DNA of 64,000 nt. Source: Promethearchaeota archaeon. GTDB lineage: Archaea; Asgardarchaeota; Thorarchaeia; Thorarchaeales; Thorarchaeaceae. The stretch's first letter is position 1; every line of letters starts with the position of its first letter. Of the stretch, positions 9,293 through 20,127 are shown one piece after another. The stretch lies in contig WJMJ01000148.1 in assembly GCA_014728035.1 (NCBI GenBank), forward strand, positions 85,228 to 149,227, given 5' to 3'. Under the pieces are notes generated by a model, which worked only from the letters and a program-made list of their open reading frames with translations, ran no database searches and had not been told where the DNA came from. Both the position numbers and the translations under genes were made by a program.

Positions 9293-11074
9293 ATGGCCGA
9301 TGAAGCTATGACTTGGGATCTTTCACAATTAGTAGAGTTTGATGACCCAGCGTATATAGAAGAAAGACTCACAGCAGCAGTAAAAGCAGCTGAGGAATTC
9401 CGCGATAAACACAGAGGGAAAATATCAAAGTATACAGCTGCGAAGGTCGCTGAATTATTAGAGGAAGAAGATAGGTTACAATTGGAGTTTGAAGGAGCTT
9501 TCAAGTATGCAAGCTTAGCATATTCAGCAAACATGAATGACGAGGTTGCAAAAAAATTAGCTGATAAAGCTAGACAGGCAGGAATGCTACTTGGACAAGC
9601 TTTAGCATTTCGGGATATCGAATTAGGAAAGCTTCTAGCTGACAAACCTAAGATTGTAGAAGCTTCTGAAGTGAGTGAGTATAGACATAATCTTGAGAGA
9701 ATTCTTCAACGGGTTCCATACATGCTGAGCGAAGAAAAGGAGCAACTTGTCATCTCAAAGGATAAGAACGGTATCAATGCTTGGTATCAGCTTCATGGCG
9801 ATTGGCTTGCCACGCGTGCTTTTGATATCGAAGTTGATGGTGAGATGAAGACCATGCCATATGGCGAGATTCTCAGCCTCTATCAAAGTCCAGACAGAAA
9901 CCTCCGGAGACGGGCTCAGAAAACCGTTTATGGAGAACTTGGAAAAGATCATATTGTTTGGTCTTCAGCTATTCGTTCAGTATGTTCAGATCATATTCAG
10001 ATGTGCAAAATGCGTGGATATCCAAGCCCAATGACATCAAGTTTGATTGCAAATGATGTTGATGAAGAAACGATTGAAGCTCTGATGAATACCATTGAAA
10101 ACAATGTAGCTGTCTATCAAGAATATCTCAAACTCAAAGCTGAAGTCATGGGTCTTAAAAAGTTAGGAAATTGGGATATCATAGCTCCTCTACCAAATGC
10201 ACCAGATAAGAAATACACATGGGATGAATCACGAAAGCTAGTGGTTGAAGCCTATTCGGACTTTGATGAAGAATCTGGAGAATGGATGGATGAGATGTTT
10301 GAAAAACGCCACATTGATGGTGCAGTACGAAACGGAAAACGTTCAGGTGCTTTCTGCTCAACATGGTTCTCTGGAAAAAGTGCATACATACTTCAGAGTT
10401 TCAATGGTACTATGAGCGATGTCTTTACTCAAGCACACGAGTTGGGGCATGCTTTACATGCATATCTTGGTTCTCGTGCACAAAAACCATCAAACTATGA
10501 AATTGGTAGTTGTGTGGCAGAAACCGGTTCTATCTTTGGAGAGCTTCTCTTAACAGAGAAACTTCTTGCTCAAGCTGAATCAAAAGAGCTTAAACAAGCT
10601 ATCCTTACATCTGTTCTCGATGAATTCGGTGAAGCAGCTTTCCAAGTTTCCACAAGGACTTGGTTCGAAACCATGTTGTACGAAGCAATTGAGGATGGAG
10701 AATACCTTGACGGTGATAAGGTCTCAGAACTCTGGTTAAAGGCTCGTGACAGGATGTATGGCGATTCAGTTGAATGGTTAGATGAGCTCAAATGGTGGTG
10801 GACCATGAAGCTTCACTTCTACATTCCACGCTACAGATACTATAACTATCCCTACGTCTATGCTCAGTTGTTTGTCTATGCCATGTATCGGCTGTACAAA
10901 GAAGAAGGTAAGGAATTTGTACCTAAACTCAAAGCGTTACTTGCTGCTGGTTCTAGCAAATCTCCGAGAAACCTCGCTGCTGAAATTGGCTTTGATATCA
11001 CAAAGGAAGAGTTCTGGCAGAAAGGTATCGAACAGTTCAAAGAGTTTGTAGAGGTTTTCAAAGAAACTTTGTAG
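9293..11074 (+). CDS. pepF: M3B oligoendopeptidase F
   Basis: WDLS N-terminus, GKRSGAFC, AHELGH zincin motif, VAETGS, HFY..YYNYPY. Confidence 0.92.
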   Translation: MADEAMTWDLSQLVEFDDPAYIEERLTAAVKAAEEFRDKHRGKISKYTAAKVAELLEEEDRLQLEFEGAFKYASLAYSANMNDEVAKKLADKARQAGMLLGQALAFRDIELGKLLADKPKIVEASEVSEYRHNLERILQRVPYMLSEEKEQLVISKDKNGINAWYQLHGDWLATRAFDIEVDGEMKTMPYGEILSLYQSPDRNLRRRAQKTVYGELGKDHIVWSSAIRSVCSDHIQMCKMRGYPSPMTSSLIANDVDEETIEALMNTIENNVAVYQEYLKLKAEVMGLKKLGNWDIIAPLPNAPDKKYTWDESRKLVVEAYSDFDEESGEWMDEMFEKRHIDGAVRNGKRSGAFCSTWFSGKSAYILQSFNGTMSDVFTQAHELGHALHAYLGSRAQKPSNYEIGSCVAETGSIFGELLLTEKLLAQAESKELKQAILTSVLDEFGEAAFQVSTRTWFETMLYEAIEDGEYLDGDKVSELWLKARDRMYGDSVEWLDELKWWWTMKLHFYIPRYRYYNYPYVYAQLFVYAMYRLYKEEGKEFVPKLKALLAAGSSKSPRNLAAEIGFDITKEEFWQKGIEQFKEFVEVFKETL

Positions 11075-11081
11075 GTTGAAA

Positions 11082-11115
11082 TGTGGGATTGATTTCCCAC
11101 ACAACTTTTCTTTTT
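11082..11115 (+). terminator. Hairpin plus T-tract terminator
   Basis: TGTGGGA...TCCCACA followed by ttttcttttt. Confidence 0.6.
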
Positions 11116-11441
11116 CCCATATTGATTGATGAGAATCTGAAGAAACAACAAGCAGTTTCAAGTTACATTGTTATTCATGTATCAAAACATGAAAATAAGC
11201 AAGCTGTCTTTTCCTGAAACTCTAGAAGTAAGTTTGTTCTATACTTCGATGGAATCGATTCTGATATCTAGCTGCCCGTTAGTAAATCAATCTATGATTC
11301 TCTGTCTATGTTTGTAACCGATGATGATAATGACCCCAGAAACAATACTCTCTTTTCACTGCTGGATATTTTGATCAGACAACAATTTACTCTAACCATA
11401 ATAATATGTAGCTGTAACAATATTAGACACAAGAACCAATC

Positions 11442-11849
11442 ATGTATCGGTTTGGAACTCAGGAAAATCGAGAGGATGTCATTGCTCTAAGGTGGCCTAG
11501 GGCTTGTCTGTTATGTGGAGTAAAGGCATCTGATGAAGATAGTCCACAATATGCAATACTTGGGGAGTTCTACGAAGAAAAAAATACACAAGTTCTCTTG
11601 AAAATGCCAGGTTTCTTCTTTGTCTGTAATGGATGTACTCAGACCATCCAAAAATCAACAGAAATGGGAAATTCACAAGAATTAGCTCAAAAGCTGATGA
11701 AACATCCATGGAAAGCGATATTAAAACTTGAAAAGAATGGCACTGTAAACCTACCTAATGGAGTATTCAAGAATAAATTACTTCAACTAAACCCAGATGG
11801 AAAATTCGGTTCAATTGATGATCCTATGAAAACCATACTTGATAAATGA
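11442..11849 (+). CDS. Hypothetical protein with CxxC...CxxC zinc-binding motif
   Basis: WPRACLLCG ... FVCNGC. Confidence 0.6.
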   Translation: MYRFGTQENREDVIALRWPRACLLCGVKASDEDSPQYAILGEFYEEKNTQVLLKMPGFFFVCNGCTQTIQKSTEMGNSQELAQKLMKHPWKAILKLEKNGTVNLPNGVFKNKLLQLNPDGKFGSIDDPMKTILDK

Positions 11850-11858
11850 GGTTTCGAT

Positions 11859-12797
11859 ATGAGCTATGGAGAAACCCTTCGAACAAAAACTGAAGAAGAA
11901 TTTACCCGAGCCAAATTATGCCTACTACCAAACGAATCAGTAGAATTTGTATGTCAGTCTCGAAACGGTTTCCTTGTGCTATCACACAGAAGACTTGCAA
12001 TTCTAGAAAAGTCAAAAGATAAAGTCTACACAATCAGTCAAGCCATTCCACTTGAATGTGTTTCTGAGATATCTGAAAAGAAAAAAGACAAAGTGAAGGT
12101 TTCATGTAAGAAACACTCCAAATCTAATACCACCTTTGAAGAAATAGAAATGAAGGCTCCTAAGGCAAAAAGAGGTGAAGACAAAGACGCAGTCAGGAAA
12201 CAATTTGAAGATTCTATGAAACACTTCCAAGAATCGGTTAATAATATCCTTCACCAAACACCTGAAACATTGCTTAATCGAGACCTATCTTACCTACATC
12301 ATCTGCCAGACAGTTTGACAAGAAATGCAGTGCTTGATCTGAATATCATCCTTCAGGACCAACCCATCTACGATTCGCTTTACTATGAGGGTCTGAAGTA
12401 TCTTGGCCCCAAACCATTTCTAATAGAAGAGACCGTTCGAATTGCAGAGGAAAGAGAGAACGGTGTTTTGTTTGCCGCTGGGAAACAGGGCTTTATCATG
12501 ATCCAAGGGAGAAAAGATGGTCGGTTCATATCAGATGTTTTAGTTGATAAAATCGAATGGAGAAACATCAGCAGTCTTAGCTACGAATGGCAAAACGAGG
12601 GAGTCTTCGAAGTTGCCTATTCACTACAGCAAGGTGCTAAAGAGAAACTGGTCAGATATGTGTGGTCTCCAACCGTAAATGAGGATGTGAGGGAATATCA
12701 CTGGCTCTGGCAGTGCCTGAATGGTCCATGGATCATTGAGGATATCTTCGCTGCCTATTCTGATGGTAAATTCTCCCAAGGAATTAGTGTCCCTTGA
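11859..12797 (+). CDS. Hypothetical protein, probably with two PH-like domains
   Basis: LLPNESV...GFLVLSHRRLAIL...AIPLECVSEI and NGVLFAAGKQGFIMI...IEWRNISSLSY match the bacterial-PH pattern; GAGG RBS. Confidence 0.55.
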   Translation: MSYGETLRTKTEEEFTRAKLCLLPNESVEFVCQSRNGFLVLSHRRLAILEKSKDKVYTISQAIPLECVSEISEKKKDKVKVSCKKHSKSNTTFEEIEMKAPKAKRGEDKDAVRKQFEDSMKHFQESVNNILHQTPETLLNRDLSYLHHLPDSLTRNAVLDLNIILQDQPIYDSLYYEGLKYLGPKPFLIEETVRIAEERENGVLFAAGKQGFIMIQGRKDGRFISDVLVDKIEWRNISSLSYEWQNEGVFEVAYSLQQGAKEKLVRYVWSPTVNEDVREYHWLWQCLNGPWIIEDIFAAYSDGKFSQGISVP

Positions 12798-12875
12798 TTA
12801 TCTACTATCTTTTCCAAGATTTCCATCAATAATTTTATTTTTCCCTAAATTCTTCACCCAATAATCATTGAGTGA

Positions 12876-15800
12876 GTGCACGCCATGAACAAAATCATTC
12901 CAGTCGGTATACTTCTCATATTATTTGCAACTCCTATGTTTGCTTCAATATCGTCAATCAGCAAAATCGAAGTTAGGCAATTTGATACCTCAGATTTAAC
13001 GCCAAGCGAAAGGGTAGTAATAACCCATAACGATAACTTTACCGAGGTAGGGTTTGCCGGGTCTGGAACTATTGGCGATCCGTACATCCTTGACAGCTAT
13101 AATATCACTTACACTGGTTGGACTGCACATATCAGCATCTCAGACACGGATGCATATTTCACTATCAAAAATTGCTACATCGCAGCTTCTAATGGCAATC
13201 TAGACACAGGTATATTTCTTGACAATGTAACGAATGGTAAAATCGAATCGTGCCAGTTCAATGAGTTGAATTACGGAATTAGATTTCGTGATGTATCTAA
13301 TAGTTCGATTTTCAATTGCACTTTCAATAAGGGAAGCAGGGGTCTATTTTTTGAAACATCTGTGCTGAATGATGTTGACACGGTAAATATTACTAATTCA
13401 AACTATGCTATCTATGTAAGAGGAGGATTCTGGAATAACTTTACAGAAGTTCATATCTCTAATCCTGCTAACAATGGAATTGACATTGATAATTATGGAC
13501 TATGTACAATTGATAACACCACAATAGCAAATGCTAGTGGTATCGGTATAAAGCTGAATAATTTCGAAGATGTTAAGATAAGCAATGTAAGCATTGATAA
13601 TCCTCAAGATGGAATCGTACTTACCTCGGGAATAAATCTGGATTTGTCAAATTGTTCCATAAATAATAGTTTTGGCACTGCAGTAGATATAGACAGCAGC
13701 GAACTGATTAGTTTAGATAATACAACCGTTATCGATTCCTTTGAGGGCATTCGCGTCACCAGATCAGATAATATTAGTTTGGTAGGGTGTGAAGTGAACA
13801 ACAGCATATACGCTGGAATCTATCTTTCAAGCAACACCAATGTAACAATGCAGGACAATCATATGTATAGATGTGGTCTTACTGTTGAGAATCTACCAAT
13901 TGCTGCACCTGCAACTGGTAGTGGTAATACGGTAAACGGTCTAACTCTGGGCTGGTACGGTTCCTTGGCCGATCATGTAATCGATGGTGAAACACATGGA
14001 CAGATTCTGTTGGGAAATTGTGACAACGTGACCATTGAAGGAGGAAACTTCAGTAGAGTACATACGGGGGTCACATTCTATCTTAGTTTTGACTGTGCTA
14101 TCCAGAATGCAATTCTTGGAAACAACTCTCATCGTGGAATCCAAATCTATTCAGCTCAAAGGACACGGGTGGAAAACTGTACGATATCAGATACTGGTAC
14201 AAAAGGAATTGAGGTCACTAGTTCTGAAGGTTGCATCATTCACAATAACACACTGGATTCAGTTGGACTAGCAATAACTGGGAATACAATTGGAGAATGG
14301 AACATGAGTTGTCTAGATAATACAGTAAATGGATTACCTCTGCTCTATCTTTTCACTGAATCTGGACTGGAGTATACAACAACTTTCGGTCAAATTATCC
14401 TAGTAAACTCTACTTTCATCAGAATAACTTCTGGACATATCCATCATGTTACTGTAGGTGTCAGTCTCTTTAGTTCTGCGAATAATACCCTTGAGTCCTT
14501 GGATATTCATGATACCAGACAATATGGCATTCAAGCAAAAAACAGTGAATGGACTAACATCACAAATTGTGAGGTCGAGTCATACGGAGAAGCATGTATC
14601 TCTCTATCAAACTCACATAATTCTACACTGTTGAGAAATACAATTTCAGGAGCAAATGATGGTTTCGAAATATCAAGTTCCAAGTCTGTAGATATTTGGA
14701 GCAATAATGTATCTTTTTGCAATCTGGGAATTACTGTATCGTCTTCTGAAAATGCACATATCAAACACAATGAGATCTACAACTGTACCACTGGAATTTC
14801 TGATGGATTCAATAGTCTTCTAACAGCTGAACTCAATACGATTTCAAATTGCACAACAGGAGTAAGTGGTGCGCTCACTGGAAGTCATACAATATACCTT
14901 AACACCTTTAATGAATGTGAAAAAGGAATAGCGCTCTGGATATCCACAAATGACACGATAGTTGGAAATATCTTTGATCAAGGATTAATAGGAATCGAAC
15001 TCAGCAGCATATCTGAATCCATGGTAAAAAATAATCATCTCAGCAGTTTCGAGGAATATGGAATAGATGTTATCTCAAGTAATAATATCACCGTAGCATC
15101 GAGTGAAATATTCAACAGCGAAGTAGCTTTAGCAATTCACAACTCGAATAACTGTAGTATTTTCGATAATGTCATTACAGATAATTTCGAGGGAATTCAC
15201 ATCTACTCTGGAGAGAATAACACCATCTATCAGAATTATTTAGGATGGTGCTCAGGAACTTTAGTTACTGATGATGGAAACCTGAACTCTTGGACAAATG
15301 TGACTGGCAACTATTACGAGGATTATTCTGGAACAGGTAACTACTCCATTGTTGGAACAGCAAACAACAATGATACAAGTCCAGCTTATGCTCTTCATAT
15401 CTATGAGCAGTCTGACAAGGAGTATGAGCAAGGTACAACAGCACATACCATTGCTTGGACTATTGATTGTCCATATCCAGCGAATTACGAAATTACTCGT
15501 AATAGTTCAACTGTGAAGACTGGGCCCTATACTGATTCTGTATCAATCACATTCGATTCTCCAGATTACGGTACCACTGAATATTCAGTAATTGTCTATG
15601 ATCAATTTGGGCACACAGTATCAGATGATGCCCAGGTTGAAGTTGTAGACACCACGAGTCCAATATTAAGCAATCCCACAGACTATCAATACATTCAAGG
15701 AACAACAGGAAATACTGTAGTTTGGTCAGGGAATGACCATAACCCAGATAACTATCGAATATGGCACAATGGTACTCTTATTCGCTGGGGTAGTTGGGAC

Positions 15801-16223
15801 GGATCAAATATAACTCTGGATGTTGATGCGTATGCACTAGGAGCGCATAATTTCACTCTTGAAGTTGAGGATTTATTTGGAAATGTGGCAACCGATACAG
15901 TAATCGTTAGAGTACTCCAACAGACCAGCACTACTGAGACCTCAACAACTACTACAACTACAACTGATACATCCTCAGAAACAACAACTACTACTACATC
16001 TGATGGTGATGAATTGTGGTTCAGTCCTGTCTTAGGTGGAATACTAAGTTTAATTGCTGCCGCATTAACCTTGGCAGCGACGGTAATTCGAGGTAGTGAC
16101 TATTGGGCCAGAAGAAAAGCTAAACAAGAAGCAGAATCCCATATTTCGGAATCAGGTGAAGAATCAGAAATAACACCAGAAGAAACTTCAATCCCTAAGA
16201 CAGAAGATGTTGAAGAGAGATAG
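12876..16223 (+). CDS. Large cell-surface beta-helix (NosD-like) glycoprotein with Ig-like repeats, Thr-rich linker, TM anchor and acidic cytoplasmic tail
   Basis: ITHNDNF..GFAGSGT.DPYIL cap, long PbH1-type repeats, DTTSP junction, poly-Thr, TM. Confidence 0.85.
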   Translation: MHAMNKIIPVGILLILFATPMFASISSISKIEVRQFDTSDLTPSERVVITHNDNFTEVGFAGSGTIGDPYILDSYNITYTGWTAHISISDTDAYFTIKNCYIAASNGNLDTGIFLDNVTNGKIESCQFNELNYGIRFRDVSNSSIFNCTFNKGSRGLFFETSVLNDVDTVNITNSNYAIYVRGGFWNNFTEVHISNPANNGIDIDNYGLCTIDNTTIANASGIGIKLNNFEDVKISNVSIDNPQDGIVLTSGINLDLSNCSINNSFGTAVDIDSSELISLDNTTVIDSFEGIRVTRSDNISLVGCEVNNSIYAGIYLSSNTNVTMQDNHMYRCGLTVENLPIAAPATGSGNTVNGLTLGWYGSLADHVIDGETHGQILLGNCDNVTIEGGNFSRVHTGVTFYLSFDCAIQNAILGNNSHRGIQIYSAQRTRVENCTISDTGTKGIEVTSSEGCIIHNNTLDSVGLAITGNTIGEWNMSCLDNTVNGLPLLYLFTESGLEYTTTFGQIILVNSTFIRITSGHIHHVTVGVSLFSSANNTLESLDIHDTRQYGIQAKNSEWTNITNCEVESYGEACISLSNSHNSTLLRNTISGANDGFEISSSKSVDIWSNNVSFCNLGITVSSSENAHIKHNEIYNCTTGISDGFNSLLTAELNTISNCTTGVSGALTGSHTIYLNTFNECEKGIALWISTNDTIVGNIFDQGLIGIELSSISESMVKNNHLSSFEEYGIDVISSNNITVASSEIFNSEVALAIHNSNNCSIFDNVITDNFEGIHIYSGENNTIYQNYLGWCSGTLVTDDGNLNSWTNVTGNYYEDYSGTGNYSIVGTANNNDTSPAYALHIYEQSDKEYEQGTTAHTIAWTIDCPYPANYEITRNSSTVKTGPYTDSVSITFDSPDYGTTEYSVIVYDQFGHTVSDDAQVEVVDTTSPILSNPTDYQYIQGTTGNTVVWSGNDHNPDNYRIWHNGTLIRWGSWDGSNITLDVDAYALGAHNFTLEVEDLFGNVATDTVIVRVLQQTSTTETSTTTTTTTDTSSETTTTTTSDGDELWFSPVLGGILSLIAAALTLAATVIRGSDYWARRKAKQEAESHISESGEESEITPEETSIPKTEDVEER

Positions 16224-16304
16224 AAATCAGATACTGACTTTCAAATCAACGAAATCTATCTGCAATCGCAAGTCCATTTTTTCTGACTTGTGATTCACTT
16301 TCAA

Positions 16305-17477
16305 TTAAGATTCAACTTGATTCTGTGTAGCGGCAATTGTAGCTTTTGCAATTTTCTCAAGAAAATCAAAGTCAATCTTATTGATTGTATCAGCCTCTGT
16401 GTGATAGTATGGATATCTGAAGTTAGCTGTATCGGTCAACATCAACGCGGGGATTCCAGCCTTCCAGAATGGTGCATGATCAGACCGCAAAAGGTCTGGT
16501 GCAGATTTGACAATCTCATCATATCCCATTGGAACCTGAAGAAGACCGTAAGGAAGATTGACACTATCATCTTCACACGCATCTGCAAAAGATTGAGCTA
16601 GATCACCTGAATTCTTATCAGCTAGGATTGCAATGAAATCACCAATACTGAGATTCTCAGATGTATTGTACTTCTGAAACATCTCAGTACCAAGACCCTG
16701 TGGAAGATTCTGGCTGTGGGGTTGCTTAGAAGTATATCCGATGGTCTCAAGGCAGAGCATACCGATAACTTCGCGATTTTGTTTCTGTGCTTGTTCAATC
16801 CAATGCTTACTTCCTATTGAACCATAGTTCCGTTTCAGATATTCAGCAGAAGGACTGTTTAGAAAATCGTCAAGTATTACAAGTTCATTTTCCTTCAAGT
16901 CATCTCGTATAGCATCTAGTGCGGCTGAAACCATTCTATCCCTATCTTTGCCTTTTCGCCATTCCTCATTCGCAGCATTACCATATTTCTTCATAACCTC
17001 TTTCGCACGCAAAGAAGAGTACCGTTTAGTCTCATCTATGAATCTGAGTTGAGTTAGAAGTTCCCTCATTGCACGTTGAAAAACAGGATTTCCTTCTTCA
17101 AGAGTAAAGCTAACAAATCTAACTCCTGTTATATCGGTTTGAGCAAGAACTCTTGATGTTTCAAGCATAACTGCAATTGCAGTTCCGTTATCGTTAGCTC
17201 CGGGAGCGATAGAAACAGTATCATAATGAGAAGCGACAATAAGCTGTGGTTCAGATTCTTCTCCAATCCAAGCTTCGATATTCCTCAAATCATAATCAAG
17301 ACCATCGATTCTAAACTTTTGCTCCTTTGTCGTGAGACCATATTCTTTGAATTGTGTAAGAATATAATCTGCACATTCTTCTAGTTTTTCAGGTCCATCA
17401 AGAACATGCTTAACACCTTCTGTCTTCAGAATATGTTTGTAGAGTTGTCCCTTTTCAGGTCTATCCATATTAATCAA
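16305..17477 (-). CDS. M28 family metallopeptidase
   Basis: SHYDT, PGANDNGTA, TLEE, LETIGY, RSDHAPFW, YYHTEADT. Confidence 0.88.
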   Translation of the reverse strand: MINMDRPEKGQLYKHILKTEGVKHVLDGPEKLEECADYILTQFKEYGLTTKEQKFRIDGLDYDLRNIEAWIGEESEPQLIVASHYDTVSIAPGANDNGTAIAVMLETSRVLAQTDITGVRFVSFTLEEGNPVFQRAMRELLTQLRFIDETKRYSSLRAKEVMKKYGNAANEEWRKGKDRDRMVSAALDAIRDDLKENELVILDDFLNSPSAEYLKRNYGSIGSKHWIEQAQKQNREVIGMLCLETIGYTSKQPHSQNLPQGLGTEMFQKYNTSENLSIGDFIAILADKNSGDLAQSFADACEDDSVNLPYGLLQVPMGYDEIVKSAPDLLRSDHAPFWKAGIPALMLTDTANFRYPYYHTEADTINKIDFDFLEKIAKATIAATQNQVES

Positions 17478-17519
17478 CCAGTAACATCGAAACCAATGTA
17501 TCTGATTTTAAGACTTCAC

Positions 17520-18311
17520 TTATTGACACGTGCTATTAACAGCAGCTTCAATCGCTTCGTGCATACTCTCATATAGTACTGATGAAAGGGTTTCATACGT
17601 CTTTTGATCTTTTTCTGGAAAAGCCAAGTCATTCCATGAACCCATGCCACCAAATACTCGACAACAGAATGCTCCTGATAATAGATTTCGCGATTTTTCA
17701 TCAAGTATCTCTGGAGGAAAAAGACCGTCAAAAGACATATGTTCTCTTCCCTCTAACACGTCCAAGGCATTCTGGAATATCTCCAGCCAATTCTCAGTAT
17801 ACTCAAAACGTTCTGTAAAATCTACTAATTTTTCCAATGTTAGCCGTAATCCTTCGTATGCTATATCTACTGAGAGTGAAGTATGAGGAATAATTGGTCC
17901 ATCCTCAGTTAGCATTAGTAGATGAAAACCAAGAAATCTACTTCCAGCAATATTTCGACCGATTTGATAGACATCACTTGATTCTTCATGATGAGCTTCA
18001 ATAAGCCATTCCCCAAGATTCTGTTGGGATATTCCTTTGAGACGGTCTGGAAGCTGATTCATCGAGGCAACATAATGCAACCTCAAATGAGTCACTCCTT
18101 TGCCTTTAAGAAATTGAAGCCACTTCATAGGATTCTGTGCAATCAATTTGCGGTCATCATAGACCATATCCTTTGGAGCTCCTTTTGGAGGTTGAATAAA
18201 CTTCACAAACTGTATTGTAGAATGATCTGAACCATAGTCTACTGGTACATTATCCAGTATCTTGTTTGTGATAATTACCAGTGAGGCAGTCTGCTGGAAT
18301 TCTATTGACAT
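17520..18311 (-). CDS. Hypothetical protein with C-terminal FGGMGSWND motif
   Basis: 263-aa ORF; VFGGMGSWND motif recurs in uncharacterised helical proteins. Confidence 0.6.
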   Translation of the reverse strand: MSIEFQQTASLVIITNKILDNVPVDYGSDHSTIQFVKFIQPPKGAPKDMVYDDRKLIAQNPMKWLQFLKGKGVTHLRLHYVASMNQLPDRLKGISQQNLGEWLIEAHHEESSDVYQIGRNIAGSRFLGFHLLMLTEDGPIIPHTSLSVDIAYEGLRLTLEKLVDFTERFEYTENWLEIFQNALDVLEGREHMSFDGLFPPEILDEKSRNLLSGAFCCRVFGGMGSWNDLAFPEKDQKTYETLSSVLYESMHEAIEAAVNSTCQ

Positions 18312-18469
18312 TGCAAATTTCCCTAATCTTTCTAGGAGATACTGGAATATGAATCATATGGCTAAATTAGTTTGAGAAAATCTGTGAACAATCTACAAAG
18401 AAAGTGTAATTTCTCCATTAATACTAACAAATCAAAGATCACATACATTTTTCCTACTAGATTTGTTAA

Positions 18470-19288
18470 TCAGATTACTGCTATTTCAGGTGATTCTGTA
18501 AGACGACTTTTATTGAAAGCCGAAACCTCTTGCCATCGTTTTTTATCATAACTGATAGCTCCAGTTGGACATGACTTTGCACAAGCAAAGCAATGAATAC
18601 AACTATCATCTCTATCAGGTAATGTGGTGATATCAATTGCTTGAACGGGACAGATACTTTCACACCTTCCACATTCACGACAGAGAGTCTTATCAAAATC
18701 AATATCTGGAATCCGGAATCGTCTTGTTAATCTCGAGATGTAATACAATATTTTGACTCTAGTAGAATAAAACTTTAAATCTTCAGATAGATTGGTCCAC
18801 GGGATTGGATCATGTAATCTGTTCTGAATAGTCTCTGAGAATTCATTCACATATTCATCTAAGGATGTTTGGGGAAAATCCAAATCTTGGTAGAAATACG
18901 GAGCGGTCGTTTTGAAAGCGGAAAGAAATATGTAACCTTTTTTGTGAAGTGATTTTGACAGCTCCCAGACACTCTTGCCAGTGCTTACATGACCATATGT
19001 AACGAAAGAGAACGCATATCGCTCTCCATTAATCATAGATAGACTATCCAGAAATTTTTGTACTGGAGGAAGGATATCAAGATGAAATACTGGGGATCCA
19101 ACACCCAATATTGTTGCTTCTTCAATCGAATTTCTAAAGACCTCATTGTTTAGTTCAACTTTCGCCAAATCGAATAGTACAGTGTCCCAATTTTCCGGAA
19201 ACGATGCAGCTATCATTTTTGCAAGTGCTCTTGTTGAACCGTTAGTAGACATGTAAACAATACACACACGGAATGGGGAAGATACCAT
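18470..19288 (-). CDS. Flavodoxin-ferredoxin fusion (EFR1-like)
   Basis: YMSTNGST flavodoxin loop, GSPVF, two CxxCxxCxxxCP motifs; start moved to ATG 19288 because the upstream extension is the operator region. Confidence 0.85.
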   Translation of the reverse strand: MVSSPFRVCIVYMSTNGSTRALAKMIAASFPENWDTVLFDLAKVELNNEVFRNSIEEATILGVGSPVFHLDILPPVQKFLDSLSMINGERYAFSFVTYGHVSTGKSVWELSKSLHKKGYIFLSAFKTTAPYFYQDLDFPQTSLDEYVNEFSETIQNRLHDPIPWTNLSEDLKFYSTRVKILYYISRLTRRFRIPDIDFDKTLCRECGRCESICPVQAIDITTLPDRDDSCIHCFACAKSCPTGAISYDKKRWQEVSAFNKSRLTESPEIAVI

Positions 19289-19293
19289 ATTGA

Positions 19294-19360
19294 TTGCACT
19301 ATGTAATATTTGCATAATGCAAATAAAAACATTGCGTAACGCAACAATTACTAAATGCAA
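19294..19360. promoter_or_regulatory. Four palindromic operator boxes (TTGCA-N3-TGCAA consensus), probable MarR sites
   Basis: TTGCACTATGTAA 19294, TTGCATAATGCAA 19310, TTGCGTAACGCAA 19332, TTACTAAATGCAA 19348. Confidence 0.75.
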
Positions 19361-19396
19361 ATATATTTACTGAAGAATACACATAGTGAAATCACC

Positions 19397-19822
19397 TTGA
19401 CTGAACAGAACGATGGTATTCTCAACCTCTTTACTCGGGTAGTGCTTAATCTCACAAGAATAATTGAGACGTTTGAATTTGATGGAAATAAATTAGGGAA
19501 CACTGTGTTTCTTATTGACTATCTTCATCACAATCAGAATTGTAGCATGACCGATATATCTCAAGAAATCATCCTTACGCCAAGTACAGTAACACGCCAA
19601 ATTGATAAATTGGTTGATTGGAAATTAGCAAGTCGTAAAGTATCAAAGGAAGACAGACGGAAAGTAGTTGTCAAACTCACCAGGAAAGGAGAGCAAGCTT
19701 ACAAGAAATTTTATGATCTCCGGATGGGAAACATCAGTAAGATCCTTGAAAATATGACTAAGAAAGAAGTAAGGATTCTTGAAAAGCTCCTAGAACAGAT
19801 TGTTTCTCAATATGAATCATAA
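19397..19822 (+). CDS. MarR family transcriptional regulator
   Basis: PSTVTRQIDKLV...EDRRKVVVKLTRKG winged helix; probable TTG start at 19397 (ORF track start 19355). Confidence 0.88.
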   Translation: MTEQNDGILNLFTRVVLNLTRIIETFEFDGNKLGNTVFLIDYLHHNQNCSMTDISQEIILTPSTVTRQIDKLVDWKLASRKVSKEDRRKVVVKLTRKGEQAYKKFYDLRMGNISKILENMTKKEVRILEKLLEQIVSQYES

Positions 19823-19926
19823 ATGCAACATACACAACAAGGTAAATAAAAGGAAAGAAAAAAAGAAGTTATACTGAGAGAAGTGGTAATCACCGCCTGT
19901 GTGGTGAGTTCTACGGGCCGGTAGAA

Positions 19927-20127
19927 TTATGCCTCTTCTTTCACCTTTTCAAAGCCAGCAATCTCATCATCAATATGTTTGATGTAGTCTTCGAGACAGC
20001 TCTTCAATGCTTCTAGGCGTTTAATTTTAGTTGCTTTGCTAGCACCAAAAGGATGGCCGCATTCATCATGGCAACATTCACCAAAATGCATGGGAAATAC
20101 CATTCTTCTGTATCTATGTCCTCTCAT
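19927..20127 (-). CDS. Small Cys/His-rich coiled-coil protein
   Basis: CCHDECGH followed by a heptad helix; ATGA overlap with the padR stop. Confidence 0.7.
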   Translation of the reverse strand: MRGHRYRRMVFPMHFGECCHDECGHPFGASKATKIKRLEALKSCLEDYIKHIDDEIAGFEKVKEEA

